DNA from: a virus
Lineage: Duplodnaviria > Caudoviricetes
IMG/VR virus record: IMGVR_UViG_2799113255_000001
Span: 32,811 to 96,810 of that record
Reading direction: 5' to 3' (one strand)
DNA: 64,000 bases
Under the pieces are notes generated by a model. It made no database searches. It was given only the letters and a program-made list of their open reading frames with translations, and was not told the origin of the DNA. The position numbers were made by a program, and so were the translations under genes. Numbering within the stretch: position 1 is the stretch's first letter; each line of letters starts with the position of its first letter. This document shows positions 27,313-36,633 of this stretch, piece by piece.

Positions 27313-27645
27313 GTGACCGACGAAAAGCCTCTCCGCTGGATAGGTACCTCACTTGAGGACCTACGGGACTTCCCCGAAGCGGCACGGCAGGACGCCGGTT
27401 ACCAACTGGATAGGGTTCAGCACGGCCTAGAGCCCCACGACTGGAAGCCAATGCCAACAGTCGGCAAGGGCTGCCGCGAGATACGCGTACGCACCGAAGA
27501 CGGCGCGTACCGTGTGTTCTACGTAGCCACCCTTGGGGATGTGGTGTTCGTACTGCACAGCTTCGTCAAGAAGTCACAGAAGACTTCCCAGCAAGACATC
27601 AACACCGGTAAGGCTCGATACAAGAAAGCGCAGGAGGAACTATGA
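27313..27645 (+). CDS. higB: RelE/HigB-family toxin
   Basis: KPLRWIG.S..DLR.FP...GYQL..VQ.G..P.DWKPM..VG.G..EIR...YRV.YVA...VLHSF.KKSQKT. Confidence 0.88.
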   Translation: MTDEKPLRWIGTSLEDLRDFPEAARQDAGYQLDRVQHGLEPHDWKPMPTVGKGCREIRVRTEDGAYRVFYVATLGDVVFVLHSFVKKSQKTSQQDINTGKARYKKAQEEL

Positions 27646-27893
27646 GCGTATGGGACGACATCGCCGACACCCCGCGCGAAGCGGAGAACCTTCGCGTGCG
27701 GTCTGAGCTGATGATGGCAATCGAAAAGAAGATCAACGAGCGCGAATGGACCCAGGTCCAGGCCGCCGAAGCACTCGGACTGACCCAGCCTCGGGTGTCG
27801 GATCTGCTGCGCGGCAAGATCTCCAAGTTCTCCTTGGATGCTCTCGTGGACATCGCTTCCGGGTTGGATGTGCACGTGAAGGTGTGCGTCTGA
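27642..27893 (+). CDS. higA: XRE HTH antitoxin (HigA-like)
   Basis: TQ..AA..LG.TQPRVSDL.RGKI..FSLDAL; toxin-first operon. Confidence 0.88.
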   Translation: MSVWDDIADTPREAENLRVRSELMMAIEKKINEREWTQVQAAEALGLTQPRVSDLLRGKISKFSLDALVDIASGLDVHVKVCV

Positions 27894-27978
27894 TTGCGAC
27901 ACGCCGACCAGGGGATATACCCCTTAACCGCTGTCAAGTAGTAAACTGCGCATAGGCGCGACTTACACCCATTCTTTT

Positions 27979-28013
27979 AAACCCCCATCGACATTTGTTC
28001 GGTGGGGGTTTTT
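27979..28013 (+). terminator. Intrinsic terminator
   Basis: AAACCCCCATCGA..TCGGTGGGGGTTTTT. Confidence 0.75.
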
Positions 28014-28189
28014 CTATGCCCAAACGGAGGTTCCCTTATGCCTCTGTCTCGTGTCCGCTGCTGCATCCCCTGTGGCCGTATCCGCTACGCCCCCTGCTCT
28101 ACAGGGTGTCGAGTAGATCCCGAGAACGACCCAACAAGCTGGACAGAACAGGTGATTGTGAGCGCGCCGCAAGATTCGGGAGTATCCGA

Positions 28190-28408
28190 GTGAACACATT
28201 CTTTGCAGCGGCGATAGCGGTGACACTGGTGCTGATGCTGATCATCTGGTTAGGCCCACGAGTTCTGCTGTGGCTGCTGAACCGGTTCATCGACCGCTAC
28301 AACAAGGTGGTCAACGAGTACAACGAGCGCCAGGAAGCCCGCCACGCGGAAATCCGCACTGCGCTAGACCAACTGCAACAGGCTGCCCAAGCGAGGCGAG
28401 ATGCTTGA
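28190..28408 (+). CDS. Small membrane protein
   Basis: One TM helix followed by coiled coil; GTG start after GGGAG. Confidence 0.6.
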   Translation: MNTFFAAAIAVTLVLMLIIWLGPRVLLWLLNRFIDRYNKVVNEYNERQEARHAEIRTALDQLQQAAQARRDA

Positions 28409-28700
28409 TCGATTCTTCGCAGCACTAGCCGGCGCCATGGCCCCTCTACTCGTGGCCATGTGTGAGCGCATCGCGAACAGGAAGATCCCTGACGACACCG
28501 TGCCGAAGTTCATGGACGGCCTACTGGACATCGCCCGCGACGGCGTTGACCGCGCAGTCGGTGTGGTGCAGACGTCCGCTGACGGTATCGCCGGTAGCGC
28601 GGAAGCTGAACTAGGCCAGCTCGGCACGGAGATCAGGGGAGTGGTCAAAGCGGCCAATCCCATCGACATTCTCGGCAGCCTGTTCGGGCGGCGAGGATGA
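28401..28700 (+). CDS. Hypothetical protein
   Basis: GAGG RBS; overlaps neighbours. Confidence 0.65.
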   Translation: MLDRFFAALAGAMAPLLVAMCERIANRKIPDDTVPKFMDGLLDIARDGVDRAVGVVQTSADGIAGSAEAELGQLGTEIRGVVKAANPIDILGSLFGRRG

Positions 28701-29026
28701 GCATCCCGGAAGGCTTTTGGCTCGGCCTCGTCGCCGTTCCGGCCGTTGTCGCATTTGTGTCGGTGGCCGTCGGATTGGCCGCTGTCGCGATGAGCCTGCA
28801 TTCCAAGTATGCAGGTAGCGCCTACAAGCTGGTACCCCGCAAGTTCGATAGCCATGCGGGCATGGCGGGAATTGTGGCCTGCGCTAAGTGGGTCCGCTAC
28901 ATGTGGATTCCCGGATTCCATGTCGTCATATGCCGCACGTCAATCGCGGGGCGAGAGCCCGGTCGGTCGGTCCACGCCCGCGTGAAGTACGCCATCGTCG
29001 ATGCGCTTGAGCGCGACGACAGCTGA
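28697..29026 (+). CDS. Membrane-anchored hypothetical protein
   Basis: N-terminal hydrophobic helix; ATGA overlap. Confidence 0.65.
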   Translation: MSIPEGFWLGLVAVPAVVAFVSVAVGLAAVAMSLHSKYAGSAYKLVPRKFDSHAGMAGIVACAKWVRYMWIPGFHVVICRTSIAGREPGRSVHARVKYAIVDALERDDS

Positions 29027-29027
29027 C

Positions 29028-29071
29028 TTGCTCTAGAGGTCTCCCCGTTCTACTATCGAACAGATGTTCGA
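29028..29071 (+). promoter_or_regulatory. SigA promoter with perfect LexA (SOS) box
   Basis: TTGCTC-17-TACTAT; TCGAAC-AGAT-GTTCGA at 29056-29071. Confidence 0.85.
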
Positions 29072-29408
29072 GCGATGGTCTAGCAACCCTCGCTTTCCCA
29101 CGCTCAAAAAGCTGTACCGAACCGTCTACGTCGACATGCACCAAGCCCTACCCGGCAGCGTCGGCGGCTTCGTGCGCAACCGCAACCTGTCCGTCAGGGC
29201 GGAGGGTTTGCGCCTAGAGGCGTGGATGCGGGGCCACCAGATCGCCTGGATACGCACCCACGATCTGCACTGGATAGCAGTAGTGCAGGTTGAAGCCTCC
29301 TCGGAGAACGAAATGTCGTCGGTGACGATGACGTTGTGGCTGTCACCGAAAATGTTCCAGTTGGACAAGCCCGAGGGCTTCTACGAGCCGTACCGGAGAC
29401 GGTTGTAG
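29064..29408 (+). CDS. Putative SOS-inducible hypothetical protein
   Basis: Leaderless ATG inside the SOS box; 114 aa. Confidence 0.75.
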   Translation: MFERWSSNPRFPTLKKLYRTVYVDMHQALPGSVGGFVRNRNLSVRAEGLRLEAWMRGHQIAWIRTHDLHWIAVVQVEASSENEMSSVTMTLWLSPKMFQLDKPEGFYEPYRRRL

Positions 29409-29446
29409 ACACCGTGACTTACGCTGTAGCTCGGTAAAATTGAGGG

Positions 29447-29749
29447 ATGAGCGAGCTTTTGGACCGTGCACACATGGCCTTGGATGGTCGTGGTCAGCTC
29501 GGTATGTACAACGATTACGACCAAGCGAGTCTATGGGCAGGATTGGTGCGCGAACTCGTCGCGGCAGTTGAACTACTGGACGGCACTCCTAAGGATGTCG
29601 AGTTGGAAGGCTGGGAGTTCTTGAAGGCTGCCAACCTCGATCCATGTCCTCGATGTGGTGAGCCGTTCAGCCCAGGGCAGTGGGTTGTCGCCGATGGACC
29701 GGTTGTGGCACACCATTATTGCCCAACACTCGGAGTGGGCCATGACTGA
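29447..29749 (+). CDS. Hypothetical protein (CxxC..HxxC)
   Basis: Preceded by TAGAC promoter unit 29406-29449. Confidence 0.65.
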   Translation: MSELLDRAHMALDGRGQLGMYNDYDQASLWAGLVRELVAAVELLDGTPKDVELEGWEFLKAANLDPCPRCGEPFSPGQWVVADGPVVAHHYCPTLGVGHD

Positions 29750-30017
29750 ACCTTCTCAAGCCCATATAGACCGTGCCCGTGAACTCGGTCTCTCTTTCGA
29801 TCCTGCTACGACATCGGATGAAGAGTTAAGTCGTGCTATCGCAACGTATGAACGGGTTTACATCGAGGCGATGACCGAGAATGCCGGTAGGGACACTGAT
29901 ACTCCTACTGAGCGCCGCAAGATGCTGGGCGTCTGGACTCAGCGCGATGAAGACGAGGCCAAGGAAGCGGCTGAACGGCGGCGAATGTTCGGCTCCCGAC
30001 GAATCCCACCCGCCTAG
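29742..30017 (+). CDS. Hypothetical protein
   Basis: GGAG RBS; stop is the TAG of the next TAGAC unit. Confidence 0.65.
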   Translation: MTEPSQAHIDRARELGLSFDPATTSDEELSRAIATYERVYIEAMTENAGRDTDTPTERRKMLGVWTQRDEDEAKEAAERRRMFGSRRIPPA

Positions 30018-30056
30018 ACACCGCTGATCCCGTTGAAACGCGGGATAATTGAAGGT

Positions 30057-30242
30057 ATGCGCCGAATATCCAGCAAGGGTGCTGAAGAAATCAAGGCCCT
30101 GGCTGCGTCGGTGCGCCTCTATAACTCGCTACAGGCAGACGAGTATCTGAAGTGCGTTTGTATTGCCAAGTGTCATAGGAATTGGGAAACGGGTCAGCCT
30201 CGGGACTGCAAGCACCCTCGGGCACAGGAGGAGCGGTCATGA
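30057..30242 (+). CDS. Small Cys/His-rich protein
   Basis: Preceded by TAGAC unit 30015-30059. Confidence 0.6.
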   Translation: MRRISSKGAEEIKALAASVRLYNSLQADEYLKCVCIAKCHRNWETGQPRDCKHPRAQEERS

Positions 30243-30868
30243 CCAACATGGGCGGCCTGGCCGATGCCGTTAAGCGTTGTGGACGCCTCGTCTACCACGG
30301 CACGGACGGCAAGGCTTGGATTCTCACTTACGGCGGGGAATGCCAACTCGGACTTACTCAAACCGGTTTTTATCATGCTTGATGGTCAACCGTTGGGCGA
30401 GTACCCGGAGCTGAGTCCGCTGCAGTGGCCGCATGGCGCTGTGGGGATATGGCGCGAGAATCGGAGCGAGCTTTTTAGCGTCCTTGGCCCGTACTTCTAT
30501 GGCGAGCGGTTCTACGACTGTGGCCCTTACCGCTAACCAGCTCCGCATTTTAGAAGCGTTGCAGCGGTTACGTATAGCCCGTACTGAGGGTGATTGGCAT
30601 GAAGAGTTGGTTTGTACTCGCCGCATGGATTACCTGCTAGACCTTGAGCCCAAGTAGAGAAGGCCCACAGCCCATGAAACAGAGCATTGCCCGCGTCTTG
30701 CGCCGTCTGGCCGACCGATTCGATCCGCCCGCGCGGTGCGTCATCAATATCGAGAACATCAATGACAAGCCGGTCACTGATGCAATGCGCCGTGCAGTGG
30801 AGGCGCAGTACGCCGCAGCGGGTAAGGCTGGCGGCGAGAAGTTCTCACGCCGAATGATGTGATCCCCA

Positions 30869-31270
30869 GTGCCTAATCAGCTCCTCATTGATCTTCTGGT
30901 GCGCCAGTTCTCCCGTGGTGTGCTACCGCATCCGGGCGACGAGAACACCCCATCGCATCTCATCCCACTTCCGGGATTTCGGGGTGCGGGTATGTCTGAT
31001 GAGCAGGCGCAGGAGATGATCGGCTCTGCGGCTAAGGAATGGGCTGAGGCTATTGAGTCCATCATCAGCGGCGAGTTCGATTGCTTGACGAAAGCTGATG
31101 CAGCCCAACTCAGACAGGACGCTGCTGACGCACCTGACGGTACCCGCATCATCACCGTCTACCGCCAGTCCGATCACCAGCGCCAGTCACCTTTCTGGCA
31201 GTTCACGTTGGGTAAGACCAATGACGTGACTATCCCTGACCGTCAACTAGGAAAGCTCACAGCCCAATGA
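30869..31270 (+). CDS. Hypothetical protein
   Basis: 133-aa ORF in the pre-terminase operon. Confidence 0.65.
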   Translation: MPNQLLIDLLVRQFSRGVLPHPGDENTPSHLIPLPGFRGAGMSDEQAQEMIGSAAKEWAEAIESIISGEFDCLTKADAAQLRQDAADAPDGTRIITVYRQSDHQRQSPFWQFTLGKTNDVTIPDRQLGKLTAQ

Positions 31271-31436
31271 GTGAACTCGAAAAGTCATCGAATCCCTACA
31301 AACGCTTGCGGATATCCGTAGACAGCAAGACCTACGTCGACGTTTGGGTGTCAAAGTTCTGCATCACCACCGAGACTCCGTTCGACTGGAAGAGTGGCGT
31401 CCCGGTCAGCATATTCCTTAGCGCCGAGATCGACTG

Positions 31437-31685
31437 ATGTCCCACATACGCATCATCGTCGACGGCGACACTCTCATGGACGCCGATCCCGGAAATTGGC
31501 GCTCAACCCCACCGGACATCGAGAGTCTGAAACTCAAGACCGGTGGACAGCCTTGGGGCATAGCGTTGATGGGTGCTGTGGCTGAGGCTGCGACATTGTC
31601 GATGGCTAACCTTCCCGCTACTGACACCACAATCGTTGTCACCACCCGCGACAACGGCTGGACGCTGGATGTGGAGAAGTCATGA
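31437..31685 (+). CDS. Hypothetical protein
   Basis: MSHIRIIVDG..MD.DPG.W...PP; TGATG coupling. Confidence 0.65.
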   Translation: MSHIRIIVDGDTLMDADPGNWRSTPPDIESLKLKTGGQPWGIALMGAVAEAATLSMANLPATDTTIVVTTRDNGWTLDVEKS

Positions 31686-31854
31686 AGATCCACGAGGCTG
31701 ACGAAGAGGCCGCGATCGTAATGGACCTCACGCTGCATGGTGAAGCGCTAGTCCGCGGCGTACCCGATGGCGTAGGTGTCCTCGTGCCCCTCATGAACGA
31801 GCTACTGCGTGACGCCATGCAGTGGCAGGCGCCCGACTGCTTCCGCCGTCCCTA

Positions 31855-32130
31855 ATGCCATCCAAGGGCACAACCAACGCCCGCGGCTACGGATACCACC
31901 ACAGGAAGACCCGTAAGCACTGGGAACCGATAGTCCAAGCAGGACGCGCAACCTGCTGGCGCTGCGGCGAACCCATAGCCCCCGATAGCCCATGGGACCT
32001 CGGACACGACGACAACGACCGAACCAAATACCGCGGACCAGAACACAGAGGCCGAGAGTGCCCAGCCGGCGGCAACAGAGCCACCGCGAACCGACAAACA
32101 CCAACCACCGACACCTCAAGACCCTGGTAA
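31855..32130 (+). CDS. HNH-like packaging endonuclease
   Basis: RGYG..H...CWRCG....WDLGH....GPEH...N; immediately before small terminase. Confidence 0.78.
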   Translation: MPSKGTTNARGYGYHHRKTRKHWEPIVQAGRATCWRCGEPIAPDSPWDLGHDDNDRTKYRGPEHRGRECPAGGNRATANRQTPTTDTSRPW

Positions 32131-32241
32131 CCCCGGGGGGTGGGTAGGCGACGAACACCACCGCACCGATGGTGACCCCGCCCCAGTCGCGAATCTCTCT
32201 CTTACGTTTTCCACACCACCACCCACATGATCGGAGGGCGC

Positions 32242-32598
32242 ATGGCCAACAAGCCTGGTCTTCGGGCCGTGGGGAGTGATGAGCTGGCGCCGCAGAAGCC
32301 GTCGAAGTCTGTTGTTCAGGCCGCGAAGTCAGGTACACCTCGTGAGCTGCTGGCGGCGATGCGGGATCGGATCGCCGAGACGGTGACGGCGAACTGTGCG
32401 GCGCGTGATCTTGCGGCGTTGACCAAGCGGTTGCAGGACATCTCTCATGACATTGACGCGATTGATGCCCGCGACGACGCGGATTTGGCCGGCCGAGTGC
32501 GTGAACTCGAGTCCGCGCTGAGGGCGTTGGCTCCAGACCATCCGCTGCTGGTCGGCAGTGAACCCGATGACGAAAAGTTCGACGCCTCAGAAATCTAA
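32242..32598 (+). CDS. Terminase small subunit
   Basis: RELL.AMRDRIA..ARDLAALTKRL; precedes large terminase. Confidence 0.7.
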   Translation: MANKPGLRAVGSDELAPQKPSKSVVQAAKSGTPRELLAAMRDRIAETVTANCAARDLAALTKRLQDISHDIDAIDARDDADLAGRVRELESALRALAPDHPLLVGSEPDDEKFDASEI

Positions 32599-34090
32599 GC
32601 CTCTTCCGCGCCTATCGGAAGCCGCCCGTCATGTGGTGATCCCCGAGGGGATTGTCACGTCGGTGTATCCGCGGGTGAAGCGGCGCCTGTCTGAGGTTGG
32701 GGTGGAGTTCGATCCTTGGCAGCAGGGATTTGGTTCGATCATGTTGGGGTGCCGCGAGAACGGTAAGTACGCGGCGACGGTTGGCGGCGTGGTGGCGTCG
32801 ATCCCGCGGCAGGTGGGCAAGACGTTCACGATTGGAAATATCGTGATCGGTCTGTGCCTTGAGTTTCCGGGCACGCGGGCCGTGTGGACTTCGCACCACA
32901 ATCGAACGACCACAAATACCTTCCGTTCGTTCCAGGCAATGGTGAAACGCAAGGCGATAGCCCCGCATCTAGAGCCTGGGCGGTCGAACGGTATCCGTGA
33001 AGCCAACGGTGAGCAGGAGATCCGGTTTCGTAACGGGTCGATCATCATGTTCGGTGCTCGAGCTCAAGGCTTCGGGCGCGGCATGGACGAGATCGATATC
33101 GAGGTCTTCGACGAAGCGCAGATCCTCAGCCTCAAGGCGCTCGAGGATATGGTGCCGGCCACCAACCAGGCTCGACACCCACACGGGGCGCTGATCTTCT
33201 TCCTTGGAACGCCGCCGCGGCCCACCGATGACGGTGAAGCCTTCACGTCAAAACGGGATAAGGCACTCAAGGACAAACCTGGGGGCGATGTAGTCCTTAC
33301 TCGAGGCGACCAGGTGTATGTGGAGTTCTCCGCAGATTCCAACGCCAAGCCGGATGATCAGTCGCAGTGGCGGAAGATGAATCCCTCCTTCCCGCACAGG
33401 ACTCCTCTGGAGTCGATGCTGCGGATGCGTGAGAACATCCCCGACGATGACTCGTGGGCGCGCGAAGCTATGGGCATCTGGCCGTCCAACGGTGGCGGCC
33501 TGATCACCGAGGATATGTGGAGCGCGCTCAAGGATCTGAAGTCTGAGCCGCTAGATCCGGTGTCGTTTGGGGTGTACGCGAACAAGGGACAGACTGCCGC
33601 GGCGATAGCGGTGGCCGGGTACCGATCTGACGGGAAAATTCACGTCGGGATTGTTCCCGTCGCCACGGATACCCCGGACGTGAACATGCTTCCCGGACTT
33701 GAGTGGATCCCTACTCGAGTCAAAGAGCTTGTCACCAAATGGGCGCCGTGCGCCGTCATGGTCGATGAACGCTCCGAAGCGGGCGCGGTGATCCAGGACA
33801 TGAAAGACCTCGGCGTTGAGGTTCAAACCACCAACGCCACGGGGATGGCGAACGCGTGCAGCAAGTTCCTATCCGTTGTCAATGAAGACGGGCTGCGGCA
33901 CCGCGGCGCGAAAGACCTTCAGAAATCGGTATGTGCGGGCAAGAAACGTGACCTAGCTGACGCGTGGGCATGGGACCGCAAAGACGCAACCAGTGACATC
34001 ACACAACTAGTGGCCGTCACTCTCGCCCTTCACGGACTGATCGTGTTCGGCCGCCAGAAAGTTGAAGTTTGGGATCCGTTGTGGACATGA
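32567..34090 (+). CDS. Terminase large subunit
   Basis: PRQVGKT Walker A, VFDEAQ Walker B, GTPP, DIT.LVA.TLA. Confidence 0.92.
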   Translation: MTKSSTPQKSKPLPRLSEAARHVVIPEGIVTSVYPRVKRRLSEVGVEFDPWQQGFGSIMLGCRENGKYAATVGGVVASIPRQVGKTFTIGNIVIGLCLEFPGTRAVWTSHHNRTTTNTFRSFQAMVKRKAIAPHLEPGRSNGIREANGEQEIRFRNGSIIMFGARAQGFGRGMDEIDIEVFDEAQILSLKALEDMVPATNQARHPHGALIFFLGTPPRPTDDGEAFTSKRDKALKDKPGGDVVLTRGDQVYVEFSADSNAKPDDQSQWRKMNPSFPHRTPLESMLRMRENIPDDDSWAREAMGIWPSNGGGLITEDMWSALKDLKSEPLDPVSFGVYANKGQTAAAIAVAGYRSDGKIHVGIVPVATDTPDVNMLPGLEWIPTRVKELVTKWAPCAVMVDERSEAGAVIQDMKDLGVEVQTTNATGMANACSKFLSVVNEDGLRHRGAKDLQKSVCAGKKRDLADAWAWDRKDATSDITQLVAVTLALHGLIVFGRQKVEVWDPLWT

Positions 34091-34119
34091 CGGGTGCCAC
34101 CTAGCGATTCGGGAGACCA

Positions 34120-34308
34120 GTGACAGCGATTCAGGCAGTGTGCGCCGCCACTGTAGCGGTGGTTTCGGTGGCCATTGGCCTCGTTGTGGCGGGTGTGGCA
34201 GTTCTTGCCGGGCCAGGTTGGGCACTGGTCACCGCAGGGGTACTACTCGCATTCAGCTCGATCGGCGGTGCCGTAGTTCTACTGCGTGATGACGGGTTGA
34301 AGAAATGA
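34120..34308 (+). CDS. Small two-TM membrane protein
   Basis: Hydrophobic; between terminase and portal. Confidence 0.6.
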   Translation: MTAIQAVCAATVAVVSVAIGLVVAGVAVLAGPGWALVTAGVLLAFSSIGGAVVLLRDDGLKK

Positions 34309-35720
34309 ACCTGCTTCAGCGCCTCCAATCTCAGCCCGAGCGGATGAGCACCGATGAGTGGGCTTCGATGATGAACTCATTCGCTTTCAACGGTATTGGG
34401 TACGGGTATAGCGGGCTCGGGACGCAGATCCAGCAGACCTTGACCGGCCCCGCAACCGAGCGGGCGCGCAATGACTTCGCGGGACTCGCGACACAGGCGT
34501 ACGCAGCCAACGGGGTGGTGTTCGCGTGCATGCTTGTTCGGCAACTCGTCTTTTCAAGTATCCGATTCCGGTGGCAGCGACTGCGTGACGGTAAGCCTTC
34601 AGACACCTTCGGATCCCAAGATTTGAGGATCCTTGAACGCCCCTGGCTGGGTGGAACTACCCAGGACATGTTGTCTCGCATGATCCAAGACGCAGACTTG
34701 GCAGGCAATGCGTACTGGATGCTTGAGACATCACTAGCACGGCTCGGTGCGAACGATCCAGCCCGGGAGTTCGTCCACATGCGACCCGACTGGATTGATG
34801 TTGTTGTAGAACCCCGCATGCTGCGGGATGGTCGGGGTCAAGTTGGTTGGCGCAAGCTTGGATACGTCTACACCGAGGGCGGTCTGCACTCCGGTAATGA
34901 TCCAGTAGGGCTACTTCCCGATGAAGTTGTGCATTACGCGCCGATTCCAGACCCGCTGGCCAACTACCGCGGAATGTCCTGGCTGACACCAATATTGCGT
35001 GAGATTCAAGCCGACCATGCAATGACCCGCCATCAGCGCAAATTCTTCGACAACGGCGCCACTGTCAACATGATCATCAAACACCCCATTGGAGCGGATC
35101 GTGATGCGATCAAGAAATGGGCGCAAGAGGTCGAATCCAAGCATGGCGGCACTGAAAACGCCTGGAAGAACCTACACCTGTATCCCGGGGCGGACGCAAC
35201 AGTAGTTGGATCAAACCTGAAAGACATTGACTTCAAAAATGTTCGAGGCGGGGGAGAGACGCGGGTTGCCGCAGCCGCAGGTGTGCCTCCAGTAATCGTC
35301 GGGCTCTCCGAGGGTCTCGCCGCCGCTACCTACTCGAACTATGGACAGGCCCGCCGCCGCCTAGCGGACGGCACGGCCCACCCACTATGGGAGAACCTAG
35401 CCGGATCTCTTGAGCACGTAATACCCAAGCCTGGAAACACAAGTGACGATATCCGGCTCTGGTACGACGCCGATAACGTCCCCTTCCTGCGTGAAGACGA
35501 GAAGGATGCCGCCGAGATTTCAAAGGTGCGCGCAGAAACCATCAACACACTGATCACCGCAGGGTATGAACCAGACTCGGTTATCGCAGCGGTCGATTCA
35601 GGTGATCTAAGACTTTTGAAACACACCGGATTAACGAGTGTGCAACTAGTGCCACCGGGAGTAAGTGCACAGAATCCAGCCCCTAACCCGACCGATGGAG
35701 GTTCGGATGACAACGCATAG
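34305..35720 (+). CDS. Portal protein (HK97 family)
   Basis: GNAY, GMSWL, FFDNGA, AAAGVPP..VG...ATYSN. Confidence 0.9.
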   Translation: MNLLQRLQSQPERMSTDEWASMMNSFAFNGIGYGYSGLGTQIQQTLTGPATERARNDFAGLATQAYAANGVVFACMLVRQLVFSSIRFRWQRLRDGKPSDTFGSQDLRILERPWLGGTTQDMLSRMIQDADLAGNAYWMLETSLARLGANDPAREFVHMRPDWIDVVVEPRMLRDGRGQVGWRKLGYVYTEGGLHSGNDPVGLLPDEVVHYAPIPDPLANYRGMSWLTPILREIQADHAMTRHQRKFFDNGATVNMIIKHPIGADRDAIKKWAQEVESKHGGTENAWKNLHLYPGADATVVGSNLKDIDFKNVRGGGETRVAAAAGVPPVIVGLSEGLAAATYSNYGQARRRLADGTAHPLWENLAGSLEHVIPKPGNTSDDIRLWYDADNVPFLREDEKDAAEISKVRAETINTLITAGYEPDSVIAAVDSGDLRLLKHTGLTSVQLVPPGVSAQNPAPNPTDGGSDDNA

Positions 35721-36633
35721 ACCACCACTGGATGGAGTGCGGGAAGCGCCATTCACACTTGTTCGGTCGACCGATGATGTAGAAGGCGACGGGCTCACCC
35801 TGGACGGGTGGGGCTCAGTATTCAACCGGCGCACCGTAATCAACAGTTCATACGAAGGCCGATTCCAAGAGGAATTCGCGCCCGGCAGTATGCGCCGATC
35901 TTTCCGCGAAACCCCACCCAAGATCCAGTTCGACCACGGGCGGCACCCGCTTATCGGTTCAATCCCTATCGCCGCACTGCGATCGGTCGAAGAGGCGGTC
36001 GACCCGGTACATGCGCCCGAGGGAGGAGCGCACATCGTCGCAAGGATCTTCGACAACTGGCTCATGCAGCCAGTTCGGGACGCCATCGCAGAACAGGCAA
36101 TCGACGGGATGAGTCACCGTTTCACCGCCGTGCGCGAATCCTGGACCACGGCCGACGGGAAACCTATCCGAGATGAGCGCACCCTGCTCAACGAACTGGA
36201 GCGGGCAATCCGCGATGACGTGCCAGATGACGAACTTCCCGTACGCACAATCAAAGAGGCTCGAATCATGGAGATGGGGCCGGTGGTGTGGCCCGCATAC
36301 ACGCAAACATCAGTCGGGGTTCGGTCGACGGTTATCGACCTTGGAGCCCTGCGAAGTGGAGACCCCGAGCAGCGCAAGCTGCTCGCAGAGGCCGTGTTCA
36401 TCGCGGATGCCGCCTCGAATGTAGAACCCGCGCAGCGAGACGCCAGCGACATTGAGCCGCCCGCAGTCGAGCGCCCGGAGACAAAGAACGACGCGCAGCG
36501 ATCCACCAGCGATGAGAAATCGCCCGTAGGTGAGCACCCGTCGACACCCCGCGGACGACGCGCTATCGACCTGATGCTGCGGCGCTCGCGCGACAACCTG
36601 CTCACCATCAAAAAGGAAGGTAAAAAGCTGTGA
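35707..36633 (+). CDS. Prohead protease (HK97 family)
   Basis: GWGSVFN...F.E.F..G...FDH...GMS..F...EMGPVVWPAY. Confidence 0.88.
   Translation: MTTHRPPLDGVREAPFTLVRSTDDVEGDGLTLDGWGSVFNRRTVINSSYEGRFQEEFAPGSMRRSFRETPPKIQFDHGRHPLIGSIPIAALRSVEEAVDPVHAPEGGAHIVARIFDNWLMQPVRDAIAEQAIDGMSHRFTAVRESWTTADGKPIRDERTLLNELERAIRDDVPDDELPVRTIKEARIMEMGPVVWPAYTQTSVGVRSTVIDLGALRSGDPEQRKLLAEAVFIADAASNVEPAQRDASDIEPPAVERPETKNDAQRSTSDEKSPVGEHPSTPRGRRAIDLMLRRSRDNLLTIKKEGKKL

Noticed and set aside
27925-27938. TAACCGCTGTCAAG as an additional stoperator
   Set aside because: Only the TGTCAAG core matches, and its orientation is opposite to that expected for + strand transcription
27988-28002. TCGACATTTGTTCGG as a second SOS box
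   Set aside because: Wrong spacing and mismatches; explained as the loop of a terminator hairpin
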